Shown in pieces: positions 16,888 through 25,839 of a DNA stretch of 64,000 bases (the stretch's first letter is position 1; every line of letters begins with the position of its first letter). The position numbers and the translations under genes are program-made. The notes under the pieces were generated by a model, which saw only the letters and a program-made list of their open reading frames with translations, had not been told where the DNA came from and searched no databases. The DNA is from a virus. The stretch is taken from IMG/VR virus record IMGVR_UViG_3300038393_002515; one strand, given 5' to 3'.

Positions 16888-17456
16888 ACGACATCACCGC
16901 CGAGCGCACCGGCACCACCGTCACCCTCGTCTACTGGCCCGGGTGGAGCGAGGAGCTCGCCAAGCGCTCCTTCCACGGGCTGACCGACGACGACGTCGTC
17001 TTCATCGTCAGCGGCCTCGCCGGACGCCGGTACGAGACTCCCGCGCTCCACGCCGCCGACATGCGGCAGCTCAAGGCCTCGCGGGAGGCGCAGATGCGCT
17101 GGTACGCCGACCGGATGCTGGAGGCCCTGTACGACGGGATGGGGCGCTGGTTCAAGTGGGTGCCGCTTCGCGTGCGCCGGAACACCGTCCAGCTGCTCAT
17201 GGACTACCTGCGGGACATCACCGCCGTCTGGACCAACGAGTTGGTCGCCGTGCACGCCGAGGTCGCCCGCACGCATGAGCAGGCCCGCGTGCTGCGCCCG
17301 GCTCCGGCTCCCGAGCCCCTTGTTTCCTGCCGCTGCTGCTCGGCCACCTTCGAGCGCGCCGACTTCCTGCCCGAGGGCTGGACGGCGGACGACGACGCTT
17401 TCCCGCGCTGCCCCAAGCACCGGGTCGTCACGCTGGTGAAGGACCGGGTGGGATGA
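16884..17456 (+). CDS. hypothetical protein (190 aa) with a C-terminal CRCC...CPKH motif
   Basis: ATGA overlap at 16884. Only the 3' part of track ORF 16221-17456 looks coding. Confidence 0.6.
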   Translation: MNDITAERTGTTVTLVYWPGWSEELAKRSFHGLTDDDVVFIVSGLAGRRYETPALHAADMRQLKASREAQMRWYADRMLEALYDGMGRWFKWVPLRVRRNTVQLLMDYLRDITAVWTNELVAVHAEVARTHEQARVLRPAPAPEPLVSCRCCSATFERADFLPEGWTADDDAFPRCPKHRVVTLVKDRVG

Positions 17457-17629
17457 GGTTCTTCGTCGGAGTGATTGTCGGCGCCATCGGCGCCGCCGTT
17501 GCCCACCACACTGACCAGACCGCGACGGTCGTCTACCTCGTCGGCTTCGGGTTGTGCATCGCCGTGTGGTGCCGTCTGTTCGACCTCGGGTGGGACCTGC
17601 TCTGCGCGGCGCTGGGGTGGGACGACTGA
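17453..17629 (+). CDS. tiny membrane protein (58 aa), below the track cutoff
   Basis: My own translation is MRFFVGVIVGAIGAAVAHH...LVGFGLCIAVWCRLF...GWDD*. ATGA overlaps at both ends. Confidence 0.5.
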   Translation: MRFFVGVIVGAIGAAVAHHTDQTATVVYLVGFGLCIAVWCRLFDLGWDLLCAALGWDD

Positions 17630-17784
17630 TGCGCGCTGTCATCGGCGCGGCCGCCGGTATCGCCACTGGCGCCACCGTCTGGTTCGTCAAGGACTCCGGT
17701 GCGGGCATCTGCGCCGGGGCCCTTGTCGGTATCACCATATGGTTCTGGGCCTGGGGGCCGGTTCTGGGCGGCCGTCGTGGCTAA
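17629..17784 (+). CDS. tiny membrane protein (51 aa)
   Basis: Reads MRAVIGAAAGIATGATVWFV...ICAGALVGITIWFWAWGP. In frame within track ORF 17554-17784. Confidence 0.5.
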   Translation: MRAVIGAAAGIATGATVWFVKDSGAGICAGALVGITIWFWAWGPVLGGRRG

Positions 17785-17971
17785 GGCGATCGACAAGGTG
17801 TGCTCGCGCTGCGGTGTCGTCCACTTCAGCGTGGAGACCGAGGCCGATGGCGACCTGGTGCACTTCCAGCTCGTGGTGACGAAGTGGCCCTGCACGGCCC
17901 CTGCTGTTCCCGAGCGCCCCCGGCTGGCCGACATGGTGGCCACGGCGCTCGTGAGTGAAACGGCGGCGTAG
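17777..17971 (+). CDS. small hypothetical protein (64 aa; start uncertain)
   Basis: GTG 17777 overlaps the upstream stop. Contains a CSRC motif. The N-terminal part of track ORF 17699-17971 overlaps the previous gene. Confidence 0.4.
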   Translation: MAKAIDKVCSRCGVVHFSVETEADGDLVHFQLVVTKWPCTAPAVPERPRLADMVATALVSETAA

Positions 17972-18026
17972 TAGCTGTCGCGTCGCCGGTCGGCGGCCCC
18001 ATGGGGTGGAGAAAGGGGACCACCAC

Positions 18027-18575
18027 ATGCTCGCCGACTGGCAGATCAAGAACGCCCTCTACACCGAGGGCCACCTGGACATCTCTCCGTTCGACCCGGA
18101 GCGGGTACAGCCCGCCTCCGTGGACCTGCTGCTCGACCAGTACGTGCGCACGCTGAACGACCCGGAGACGGGAGAGATCGACGTCGCGGACGTGAAGGAA
18201 GGGCACACCACGCTCGCCGAGATCAGTGAAGGAGGCTGGCTGATGCAGCCCGGCGACTTCCTTCTCGGCAGCACGGTCGAGCGGGTGACTCTCCCGAACG
18301 GGCTCGCGGCGAGAGTCGAAGGCAAGAGTTCCCTGGGCCGGTTGGGCCTGACCGTGCACGTGACGGCGGGCTTCATCGACCCGGGGTTCAGCGGGCAGAT
18401 CACGCTGGAGATCGCCAACCTGTCCGGCAAGCCGATCCGGCTCCGGCGGCTGATGCCGATCGCCCAGCTGTGTCTCATCCCGATGCAGGCCGTCCCCACG
18501 AGGCCGTACGGGATCGCGGGCAACCACTACCAGAACCAGTTCGGCCCCACCGAATCTCGCTACGAAATGCGCTGA
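18027..18575 (+). CDS. dcd: dCTP deaminase (dUTPase-fold)
   Basis: 182 aa. Motifs MLADWQIKNAL, ASVDLLLD, GKSSLGRLGLTVHVTAGFIDPGFSGQITLEIAN are typical of the Dcd family. ATG 18027 follows GAAAGGGGA. Confidence 0.85.
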   Translation: MLADWQIKNALYTEGHLDISPFDPERVQPASVDLLLDQYVRTLNDPETGEIDVADVKEGHTTLAEISEGGWLMQPGDFLLGSTVERVTLPNGLAARVEGKSSLGRLGLTVHVTAGFIDPGFSGQITLEIANLSGKPIRLRRLMPIAQLCLIPMQAVPTRPYGIAGNHYQNQFGPTESRYEMR

Positions 18576-18669
18576 TCTTTGCGTTTCGTCGCCGGATTTC
18601 TCCGGTCTGGCAGTGGTTGTCAGTGGCCGCCACCACAATGCAAACACCCGCCAACTGAAGGAGAACACC

Positions 18670-20418
18670 ATGGCCAAGCGGAAGTCGCTTCAGCCCTGGC
18701 CGGAGACGGTATGGCACAGCTCTGGCCGAGTCCGCGAGAGCACCTCGTTGCAGGTGATCCGCCAGCATCTGCAGAACTCGGTCGGCTTCGACACGATCGA
18801 GCGGTGGCGCGAGTTCACCCCGGAAGACGAGTCGCCGTGGTGGTGGGGATTCGATTCCGCCTGGAGGACTCCCGACGGTGACCGCGTCAAGGCCCGCCTG
18901 CTGCTGGCGCCGGACACCACCTTCGTCAAGCGCATGAAGCTCTCCAGGCAGGACCTGGAGGCCAAGAACATAGACGTCGAGCTCGCATGGGTTCTGACCG
19001 CCGAGGCCGACACCCCCTGGGACAACAACTGGAGGTCCCCGCTGGGGATGTTCGGCGACCGCCGGACGTACGACTGGGCCAGCGGGCGCATGCCGCTCAT
19101 GACCTACACCGGCTTCACCGAGATGGACACCGACCACATGCGGGAGGGGTTCGAGGAGCTCGCGGAATGCCCCTGGTACATCACGGTCATCACCCACGAC
19201 ACGCGGCCCTTGCACGAGGCCTCGGAGGGTGATGGGTGCGTCGCATCGTTCGTGCCGCCGTCCCTGCAGGGCCGGGTTCTGGAGTTCCGCGTCTTCGGAG
19301 ACCAGGACGCCATCATCAACGCCGACGGAGTCCTGCCGGACAGCAAGCTGAGACTGAAGATGGGCGGGGCACTGATCCTGCCGACCGTTCCTCGGCAGGA
19401 CGGATGGTCCTTCGCCGACTACGCCATCCGGCGGCCGCTCGGCGGAGACCTGGAGCAGCTGCTGAAGGAGGCGGCCGAGACCGTCGCCCGCTACGGCGCG
19501 CTGCAGCCGCACTACTGCGAAAACGCTCGCTGGGCTGTGGAGGACCTGCGCCGGTCGTGGGTGCTCCCGGAGATCGAGGAGGCGCCCCGGCGGGTCCTGT
19601 TGGAGAAGCAGCGCTCCGAGGAGCAGGTCGTAGAGCTGCAGGGTGCGCTGCAGAAGCTGCGGGGTGAGGCCGAGCAGGAGCGGCGGGAGCACAGGGCGAC
19701 CCGGCAGGAGAAGGACGAGGCCGTGAGGCGGCTGACGGAGCTCACGAAGAGCCCGCTGGTGCAGGGGGCTCACGAGGCCCGTCGCGAGGCTGAGATGGCG
19801 TGGTCGGCGCAGGAGGCGACCGACGAGCTGGCCGAGCGGCTCGCGTCCGAGATCGGCTGGCTGCGGCGGCAGCTGGCCGAGAGGCCCGGCCGCTCGTACG
19901 ACGAGAAGGCGCCGGAACTTCCCAAGGGCCCCGAGTCCTGGGAGGAGCTGCTGGTGCTCGCTCCGGAGCTGCTGCCGAAGATCCGCGTCCTCGACGACGT
20001 CCTCGACTCGGTGTCCAAGATCGACCGCCACCCCAAGACGAAGCTGTGGCTGCGCCGGACGTGGACCGCGCTGGAGGCCTACCAGGCCTACGCCGAGGCC
20101 AAGGAGTCCCAGGGGCCGGTGGTGCTGCCGACCATGCAGGCGTACCTGCAGTGGGAGCTGGCCGACACCATCTTCCCCCAGTCCTGGCACGCCGGTAAGG
20201 AGGCAAGCATGACGCGGAGGGATCCGAAGTACGCGGCCCTGCGGACCTTCACTGTGCCGGAGCACGGGCCGGTGCTCATGGGCGAGCACGTCCGGATCGG
20301 CGACAACCGGCCCCCGGCGCCGCGCATGTACCTCTTCGACGACACCTCCGGGCCGACCGGCCTGATCTGGGTCGGCTACATCGGCCCGCACCTGCCCAAC
20401 GGTGTGAAGGTGTCCTGA
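18670..20418 (+). CDS. large hypothetical protein (582 aa) with a central coiled-coil
   Basis: ATG 18670 follows GAAGGAGA. The central region is Glu/Arg/Leu heptad-like. No Walker A motif was seen. Confidence 0.7.
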   Translation: MAKRKSLQPWPETVWHSSGRVRESTSLQVIRQHLQNSVGFDTIERWREFTPEDESPWWWGFDSAWRTPDGDRVKARLLLAPDTTFVKRMKLSRQDLEAKNIDVELAWVLTAEADTPWDNNWRSPLGMFGDRRTYDWASGRMPLMTYTGFTEMDTDHMREGFEELAECPWYITVITHDTRPLHEASEGDGCVASFVPPSLQGRVLEFRVFGDQDAIINADGVLPDSKLRLKMGGALILPTVPRQDGWSFADYAIRRPLGGDLEQLLKEAAETVARYGALQPHYCENARWAVEDLRRSWVLPEIEEAPRRVLLEKQRSEEQVVELQGALQKLRGEAEQERREHRATRQEKDEAVRRLTELTKSPLVQGAHEARREAEMAWSAQEATDELAERLASEIGWLRRQLAERPGRSYDEKAPELPKGPESWEELLVLAPELLPKIRVLDDVLDSVSKIDRHPKTKLWLRRTWTALEAYQAYAEAKESQGPVVLPTMQAYLQWELADTIFPQSWHAGKEASMTRRDPKYAALRTFTVPEHGPVLMGEHVRIGDNRPPAPRMYLFDDTSGPTGLIWVGYIGPHLPNGVKVS

Positions 20419-20437
20419 CCCTCCTCTCTTCCTGTCT

Positions 20438-20477
20438 CACCCCTCCCTCGGCCCCTCAAGGGGCGGAAGGAGGGGTG
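20438..20477 (+). promoter_or_regulatory. Late motif copy: 9-bp hairpin CACCCCTCC/GGAGGGGTG enclosing CAAGGGGCGGA (20457-20467)
   Basis: Read directly. The 3' arm contains the SD for ATG 20484. Confidence 0.6.
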
Positions 20478-20483
20478 TTTCGC

Positions 20484-22661
20484 ATGTACGACGCCGTTGA
20501 GCCGAGCCCGTACGACTCGCTGAACATCAACGACCCGTGGGCCGACGAGGACCGCGAGCGCACGAGCGAGCCGATGCGCCCTCATGAGCGCGGCCCGCGC
20601 CGCAACCCCTCCCGTGAAGACCGTTCCGTACGTCGCCGGATGCGCCGCGCGGGCGCGCAGGAGGAGAACAGCATGCCCAGCCCTGACCGCTCCGAGCTGC
20701 TGAAGCGGATCGAGAGTGCCAAGACCTTCGACGAACAGGTCCAGCTCGTCGCCCAGCTTCACGAGCTCGACCGGCGGGCCCAGCGCACCGCCGCGCTGGA
20801 GCGCGAGGCCGACCTGGCCAACACCTCCATCCGCGAGGCGTTCACGCCGGTCATCTCCGCCACCGCGCGCGGCACCACGGCCTCCGACTGGCTGGACACC
20901 GAGGTCGCCGACGCACCGTTCGACCACGGCCAGCTGATCGCGCAGGCCGCGCTGTGGTTCAAGGACGTGCCGGACTTCGTCCGCGCCGACCGGGACGAGT
21001 TCACCGAGCAGGCCGTCGGCAAGGCCCGTCAGGTCACCTCCAGCCTCGGCGCGCAGGCAGGGACGGCCGAGGACATCTTCGTCGGCTACGCCCACTTTCT
21101 GCGTGGCCAGTCGGTCGTCGTCGAGGCCGCCTCGGGCCTGGACCAGATCCAGCAGACGACCGCGCCGGACGGCGTCACCAGCAAGCCCACGCCGCTCCCG
21201 CCCGACGCGTTCGACAACTTCGCGCCGCCGGTCGCCGACATCAACACCGCCGTCTCCGGCACGGAGACCTCCAGCGCGGCTCCGGCGATCCAGATGGCCG
21301 TCGGCGGCGGCGGGAACTCCAGCCCCGAGGTGCCCGGCGGCCACGACAGCAGCGGCCAGCTGACCGGTCCCGGCGCCGAGCCGTCCCTGTCCGGCGGTGG
21401 CGGCAACTCCTCGCCGGAGCGCGCGGGCGGCCACTCCATCTCCGGGGACGTCCCGGCGCAGGGCGGCCCTACCAACGCCGCGCCGCAGGCCGAACCGGCG
21501 CAGGAGGAGACCGAGCAGACCCAGGAGGCCGGGGACGTCTCCCAGCGGCCCAAGACGGCCGCGTCCGGCCTGCAGCAGGTCCAGCAGTCGGTCGACGTCC
21601 ACGACCAGAACCACACCACGCCGCTGCCGACCACCGTGGCCTTCCCCTGGACCATGGACGAGGGCGAGTCGGCCGACGGCATGACCGGCGAGGCCCACTA
21701 CGACCAGGGCGGCCAGGTCTCCTCCGGCCACCAGGCGCACGCCAGCCTGCAGCGGCAGGCCGACTCCTGGACCCAGCCGAACCAGATCATCGAGCCGAAC
21801 ATCGCCAACTCGCCCCGCTCCACGCCGCCTCGGAACGTGGGGCAGGCCGGTGACGGCGCGGCCGACGCCCGCGCGGCCGAGACGCAGCCTTCGTTCGGTG
21901 ACGCGCACGCCGCGCCCCAGTACACACAGGGCTACACCAGCGCTGCCCCGGCCGCGCCCGCGCAGGACGTGCCGGTGTCGATGGGCGGCGACAACGGACA
22001 GTCCCTGAAGCACCCGGCGTTCGCCTCGCGGCGCGTCGCCAGCAAGCAGGACATGCAGCACCCGGACTTCCAGAAGGGCTACAAGTACGCGGCCCGCTGG
22101 CAGGAGGGCACCCCCGTCGTGCGTCCCGGCTCTCCGGAGCTGGAAGCCGGTATCTACGCCGCCTTCACCGACCGGCCGCAGCACCGGGCGGCGTGGCTGT
22201 CCGCGCACGCGGCGCTGGCCAGTGTCGAACCGGGCCTGGGCCGCCGGATCGCCAAGCACAGGGAGCTGACCCACAAGGTGGCGGCCGCGCAGGCGCTGCC
22301 GACTGACGGCACCTACCTGCAGGTCCAGGCCGCCACCGGGATCGACCTGGACACCACCAACCCGTCCACGTCGCCGTCGCCGACCGGCGACACCCCGATC
22401 AACGGCCCCGGCAAGCCCGGCCCGCTCGCCGGACAGATGGACGCGGCCGCCCCGGCCGGTGCCGCCCCCTACAACGGCGCCGAACCGTTCGGGCAGCCGG
22501 TCGTGCCGTCCGCTCCGGCCGTTCCGCAGGGCCAGCCGGTGACCATCCCCGACAGCGGCATGGCGTCCGCCTACAACAGCGGCTCCGGCCTGTCCCCGAC
22601 GGCGGCTGCGTTCCGCCGCCAGGTTCAGGCGGGCCTCCTCGCCGAGAGGACCGGCCGATGA
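20484..22661 (+). CDS. large low-complexity protein (725 aa), possible internal virion or scaffold-type protein
   Basis: ATG 20484 follows GGAAGGAGGGG. Has an internal tandem repeat GGGGNSSPE(V/R)(P/A)GGH and shares the VAFPWTM heptapeptide with the 42844-43713 product. Confidence 0.65.
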   Translation: MYDAVEPSPYDSLNINDPWADEDRERTSEPMRPHERGPRRNPSREDRSVRRRMRRAGAQEENSMPSPDRSELLKRIESAKTFDEQVQLVAQLHELDRRAQRTAALEREADLANTSIREAFTPVISATARGTTASDWLDTEVADAPFDHGQLIAQAALWFKDVPDFVRADRDEFTEQAVGKARQVTSSLGAQAGTAEDIFVGYAHFLRGQSVVVEAASGLDQIQQTTAPDGVTSKPTPLPPDAFDNFAPPVADINTAVSGTETSSAAPAIQMAVGGGGNSSPEVPGGHDSSGQLTGPGAEPSLSGGGGNSSPERAGGHSISGDVPAQGGPTNAAPQAEPAQEETEQTQEAGDVSQRPKTAASGLQQVQQSVDVHDQNHTTPLPTTVAFPWTMDEGESADGMTGEAHYDQGGQVSSGHQAHASLQRQADSWTQPNQIIEPNIANSPRSTPPRNVGQAGDGAADARAAETQPSFGDAHAAPQYTQGYTSAAPAAPAQDVPVSMGGDNGQSLKHPAFASRRVASKQDMQHPDFQKGYKYAARWQEGTPVVRPGSPELEAGIYAAFTDRPQHRAAWLSAHAALASVEPGLGRRIAKHRELTHKVAAAQALPTDGTYLQVQAATGIDLDTTNPSTSPSPTGDTPINGPGKPGPLAGQMDAAAPAGAAPYNGAEPFGQPVVPSAPAVPQGQPVTIPDSGMASAYNSGSGLSPTAAAFRRQVQAGLLAERTGR

Positions 22662-23047
22662 GCGCTGAACTGACCGAACTTGCCGAGCTGTGGAGCCGGT
22701 TCGCCGAACAGGCCGCTGGCGCGGAGCCCGACCGGGCCAGGGGGATCTTCCTCATCAAGGCCGACGGGAGCGGCGAAATGCTGGCCGTCGACCACGAGGG
22801 CGGACTGCGGACCGCCGACTTCTCGGCCGAGAACCTGGCTTATCAGTCGGCAACCCCGCTCAAGCAGTGCATCTCGATGCTGCGGCTCATGTGCAAGGAC
22901 GCCGACCGGCCCCCCGGCCAGCGCACATACCCGCTGCCCCAGTCCATCGACCGCGTCCGGGCCCTCCTGGGCGAGGCGGGCCTGGACGCCCCCGAAGTCC
23001 ACATCTGGGAGGTCTACACGACCTCCGCCGCCGAGAAGGGCGCCTGA
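22658..23047 (+). CDS. hypothetical protein (129 aa)
   Basis: ATGA overlap with the upstream stop. Coding-like composition. Confidence 0.6.
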   Translation: MSAELTELAELWSRFAEQAAGAEPDRARGIFLIKADGSGEMLAVDHEGGLRTADFSAENLAYQSATPLKQCISMLRLMCKDADRPPGQRTYPLPQSIDRVRALLGEAGLDAPEVHIWEVYTTSAAEKGA

Positions 23048-23050
23048 GCC

Positions 23051-24313
23051 ATGGACATCGCATCCCTGATGTGGGACGAGACCGGCCGCGACATCGACCA
23101 CGAGCAGCGTGAGCTGGCCCGTACGGCCGCCCTGAACGACGCGGAGCGCCTGGTCGGCCAGTTCCTCTACCAGGCGGCCAGCGACGCCGACCTGACCAAC
23201 CGTCTCGCGCTGGCCGACGAGCGGCTGCAGGCCGTCGCATCCGTGCGCGGCTACCCGATGCAGGACCTGACCGGCGATCTGAAGGAGCGCTGGCGGCTGC
23301 TGTCCCAGGCCCGGACGGCGACCGCGCAGAAGACGGCCGCCGTCCGGCAGGTGACGGCCGCCCAGGAACGCGCCATGGACGCGGTGGCGGCCCGCCTGGC
23401 GGCCGTGGCGGCGCGGCAGAACCCGTCCGTGCCGATGTCCGAGTGCCTGAAGCTGGCCGTCGAGGCCGTCCGCAAGCACGCCGACGCCTACCCGCTGGCG
23501 TACGAGTCGTGGGGAGGCACGGCCGACGGTCCCATCACCAACCGGGTCAAGAACTTCACGCCGGGCAACCTGCCGAAGTCCTATGACCCCAGCGGCGCGC
23601 CGGACGCGGACCCGGGCATGTTCGACTCGGTCCACAAGCGCCTGGACGACATGGAGACGAAGCTGGCCGGGCCCTCCAGCCCCTCTGGCCCGGCCTCCGG
23701 GCCGCCGTCGGGACCCGCCGGACCCGGCAGTCCGACCACCGCGTCTCTGGAGCCCACCGTCGCCGGGTTTTTCGAGCGGCTGAAGGACTGGTGGCACGGA
23801 CCGAGCCAGGAGCCGACCACAGCCCCGGCCCCGGCGGCCGAGGAGCGGGCCCCTTACATGATCCCGAGCAACAACGCGGCCTCCGACCACGTCGATGACG
23901 CCGTCGCGCGCCACCACGACGAGCAGGGGCGCCGGGAGTTCGACGAGATCATGCGGCGTCTGGACAGCGACCAGGCCGAGATGAACCACAAGTGGGACAC
24001 CGCCCGCGAGGACCGCTTCGAGAGCCCTGCGGAGACCAACCAGCGCACGCGGTACCTGCAGGACGCTCACGACCGGCGGACGACCGACATGGAGCGGCGT
24101 CTGGACGAGATGGGGCGCACTCCTTCCCGGCTTCCGTTCTCGCACGCCGAGCCCGAACAGAGCGGGTCGTCGGCGCCGCTGGACCACCCGGCCCCGGCCA
24201 GCTTCTCCCACGCCGACACCGGCGCCAGCGGCGGCCAGCAGGTGCTGCCGACCGACCCGGCCGAGCACGCCTTCTCCCACCGAGCCAGCCTCCAGCACAG
24301 CCTGTTCGAGTAG
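23051..24313 (+). CDS. hypothetical protein (420 aa)
   Basis: Helical N-terminal half with a Pro/Ser-rich linker. No recognisable domain. Confidence 0.65.
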   Translation: MDIASLMWDETGRDIDHEQRELARTAALNDAERLVGQFLYQAASDADLTNRLALADERLQAVASVRGYPMQDLTGDLKERWRLLSQARTATAQKTAAVRQVTAAQERAMDAVAARLAAVAARQNPSVPMSECLKLAVEAVRKHADAYPLAYESWGGTADGPITNRVKNFTPGNLPKSYDPSGAPDADPGMFDSVHKRLDDMETKLAGPSSPSGPASGPPSGPAGPGSPTTASLEPTVAGFFERLKDWWHGPSQEPTTAPAPAAEERAPYMIPSNNAASDHVDDAVARHHDEQGRREFDEIMRRLDSDQAEMNHKWDTAREDRFESPAETNQRTRYLQDAHDRRTTDMERRLDEMGRTPSRLPFSHAEPEQSGSSAPLDHPAPASFSHADTGASGGQQVLPTDPAEHAFSHRASLQHSLFE

Positions 24314-24322
24314 GAGCCGACC

Positions 24323-24541
24323 GTGGACCTGGACCCGAACATCGCCTGGGGCACGATCCTCGGTGCCGCGTTCGCCTACGAGATGTACGGCGTCTTCAAC
24401 GGCCGCGAGGGCGACACGCTCTCCGAGCGGATCCGGACCTGGTTCCACACCAGTAGCAGGCCCGGCAAGGCGGTCTTTGTCGTCGCCTGGCTGGGCCTGA
24501 CGGCCTGGTTCATCCCGCACATCATCTTCGGAGGCAAGTAG
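24323..24541 (+). CDS. small membrane protein (72 aa, 2 TM)
   Basis: GTG start. Hydrophobic segments are IAWGTILGAAFAYEMYGVF and AVFVVAWLGLTAWFIPHIIF. Confidence 0.55.
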   Translation: MDLDPNIAWGTILGAAFAYEMYGVFNGREGDTLSERIRTWFHTSSRPGKAVFVVAWLGLTAWFIPHIIFGGK

Positions 24542-24901
24542 GTGTTCATCTACCAGGCCACCGTGGACAAGGTGGTCGACGGGGACACCCTGGACCTGCA
24601 GGTCGACCTGGGGTTCGGGGTGTTCACCCGGCAACGGGTACGCCTCCTGGGGATCAACGCGCCCGAGCACAACACCGACGACGGCAAGAAGGCCATCGCC
24701 TTCGTCCAGGCGTGGGTGAAGGAGCACGGACCCACCTTCACTGTGCGCACCCTGAAGGACAAGAAGGAGAAGTACGGCCGGTACTTGGCCACGCTCCTCT
24801 CCGACACCGAGGAGCTGGGTCAGGCCCTGGTCGATGCCGGGCTCGCCGTGCCCTGGGACGGCGAGGGCGCCCGGCCGGTTCCTGCCACGGCGGCCAGTTG
24901 A
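24542..24901 (+). CDS. staphylococcal-nuclease-like (thermonuclease/SNase) protein
   Basis: 119 aa. Carries VVDGDTLDL, RVRLLGINAPE and KYGRYLA, which are characteristic SNase motifs. Confidence 0.75.
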   Translation: MFIYQATVDKVVDGDTLDLQVDLGFGVFTRQRVRLLGINAPEHNTDDGKKAIAFVQAWVKEHGPTFTVRTLKDKKEKYGRYLATLLSDTEELGQALVDAGLAVPWDGEGARPVPATAAS

Positions 24902-24948
24902 TACGGTGATACGGCAGCTACAAGCCGATGTGTAGCGCCCAACACAAC

Positions 24949-24978
24949 GCCCCCTCCGGATACCAGCCGAGAGGGGGC
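24949..24978 (+). terminator. Hairpin GCCCCCTC / GAGGGGGC (8 bp, 14-nt loop)
   Basis: Lies after the stop at 24901 and is followed by ATTGTGCTGT. Confidence 0.45.
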
Positions 24979-25008
24979 ATTGTGCTGTCCGGGGACGCTC
25001 CCGTCACC

Positions 25009-25020
25009 GTAGGGGGTGGA
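25009..25020 (+). promoter_or_regulatory. Late motif copy GTAGGGGGTGGA
   Basis: Resembles the 56683 copy. Lies 10 nt upstream of ATG 25031 and overlaps its SD. Confidence 0.45.
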
Positions 25021-25030
25021 GGTGAGCGGT

Positions 25031-25552
25031 ATGACGCTGCGCGCGGTGGTGGCGCATCAGTCCGGCGATGGGGTGACCATCTGCCACTGCCCGTTCTGCG
25101 GCTCGGGGCAGGTCATCGGCCGCTCGGACGGCAACACGGAGTGCTCGTTCTGCAATCAGTCGTTCCTGGTCAGGGTGCAGCCGATGTTCTCGGCGTTCCC
25201 ACAGTCGATCGACGGGATGCCGGTGCAGATCCCCGGGATGCCGCCTCCGACCATGCCCGGGATGCCGCCGGGCGGCGACCCCAACGACCCGAACGCGATG
25301 CCGCCCGGCGCCGAGGGGCCGGAGGGTGGTCCCGAGGGCGGCGATGACGGCGGCGCGCCTCCGTTCGGCGGTGGCAGCGACTCAAGCGACTCGGGCTCCG
25401 ACTCGGGCGGGTCGGACGACTCCGGCTCCGACGACTCCGGCGGCGGGCCGCCGTTCGGGAAGAAGGAGTCCTCCTTCCGTGCGGGAGGCCGCACGCTCGG
25501 GCGGGCCGCTTACGTCGACTACCTCGCCGGACTCCTGGGAGGCCAGCAGTGA
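25031..25552 (+). CDS. Zn-ribbon protein with Pro-rich and Asp/Ser-rich tails (173 aa)
   Basis: Carries CHCPFCGSG...CSFCNQ, followed by PGMPPPTMPGMPPGG and GGSDSSDSGSDSGGSDDSGSDDSGGG. Confidence 0.6.
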   Translation: MTLRAVVAHQSGDGVTICHCPFCGSGQVIGRSDGNTECSFCNQSFLVRVQPMFSAFPQSIDGMPVQIPGMPPPTMPGMPPGGDPNDPNAMPPGAEGPEGGPEGGDDGGAPPFGGGSDSSDSGSDSGGSDDSGSDDSGGGPPFGKKESSFRAGGRTLGRAAYVDYLAGLLGGQQ

Positions 25553-25776
25553 GCATCGCCCTGCAGGCGCTCGTACAGCTGGAGATCGACGGCGCCGTCT
25601 ACCAGCCCGGCGAGTGGATCACCCTGCCTGACGGCCAGGAGGCCCGCGCGGCCGAGCTGCAGTCGTACGGCTACGCCGACGAGCTGGTCACCGGCTCCGA
25701 AGAGGCGCCGGTGGCTGTGCAGGAGGCGGCCGCGCCGGTGAGGACGCGGCGGAAGCGGACTGCCTCCACCTCCTGA
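25549..25776 (+). CDS. hypothetical protein (75 aa)
   Basis: GTGA overlap with the upstream stop. Basic C-terminal tail. Confidence 0.5.
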   Translation: MSIALQALVQLEIDGAVYQPGEWITLPDGQEARAAELQSYGYADELVTGSEEAPVAVQEAAAPVRTRRKRTASTS

Positions 25777-25790
25777 CCAGCACGCCCTGT

Positions 25791-25831
25791 CTGTGGCGGC
25801 TCGTCCACCCCCAAGGGGTGAGCCACCACAG
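25791..25831 (+). promoter_or_regulatory. Late motif copy: 12-bp hairpin (11/12) CTGTGGCGGCTC/GAGCCACCACAG enclosing CCAAGGGGTGA (25811-25821)
   Basis: Read directly. The 3' arm abuts the SD GGAGGA of ATG 25840. Confidence 0.6.
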
Positions 25832-25839
25832 GAGGATTC

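Noticed and set aside
18027-18575. dCTP deaminase as a bacterial anti-phage nucleotide-depletion defence gene.
   Set aside because: The gene sits co-directionally inside a phage gene string, and the same element carries thyX. A phage nucleotide-supply role is the simpler reading.
18670-22661. The 582-aa and 725-aa ORFs upstream of the portal as candidate large terminase subunits.
   Set aside because: No Walker A (GxxxxGK[ST]) or nuclease motif is visible. One is a coiled-coil protein and the other is low-complexity. Terminase is therefore recorded as not seen in the window rather than assigned.
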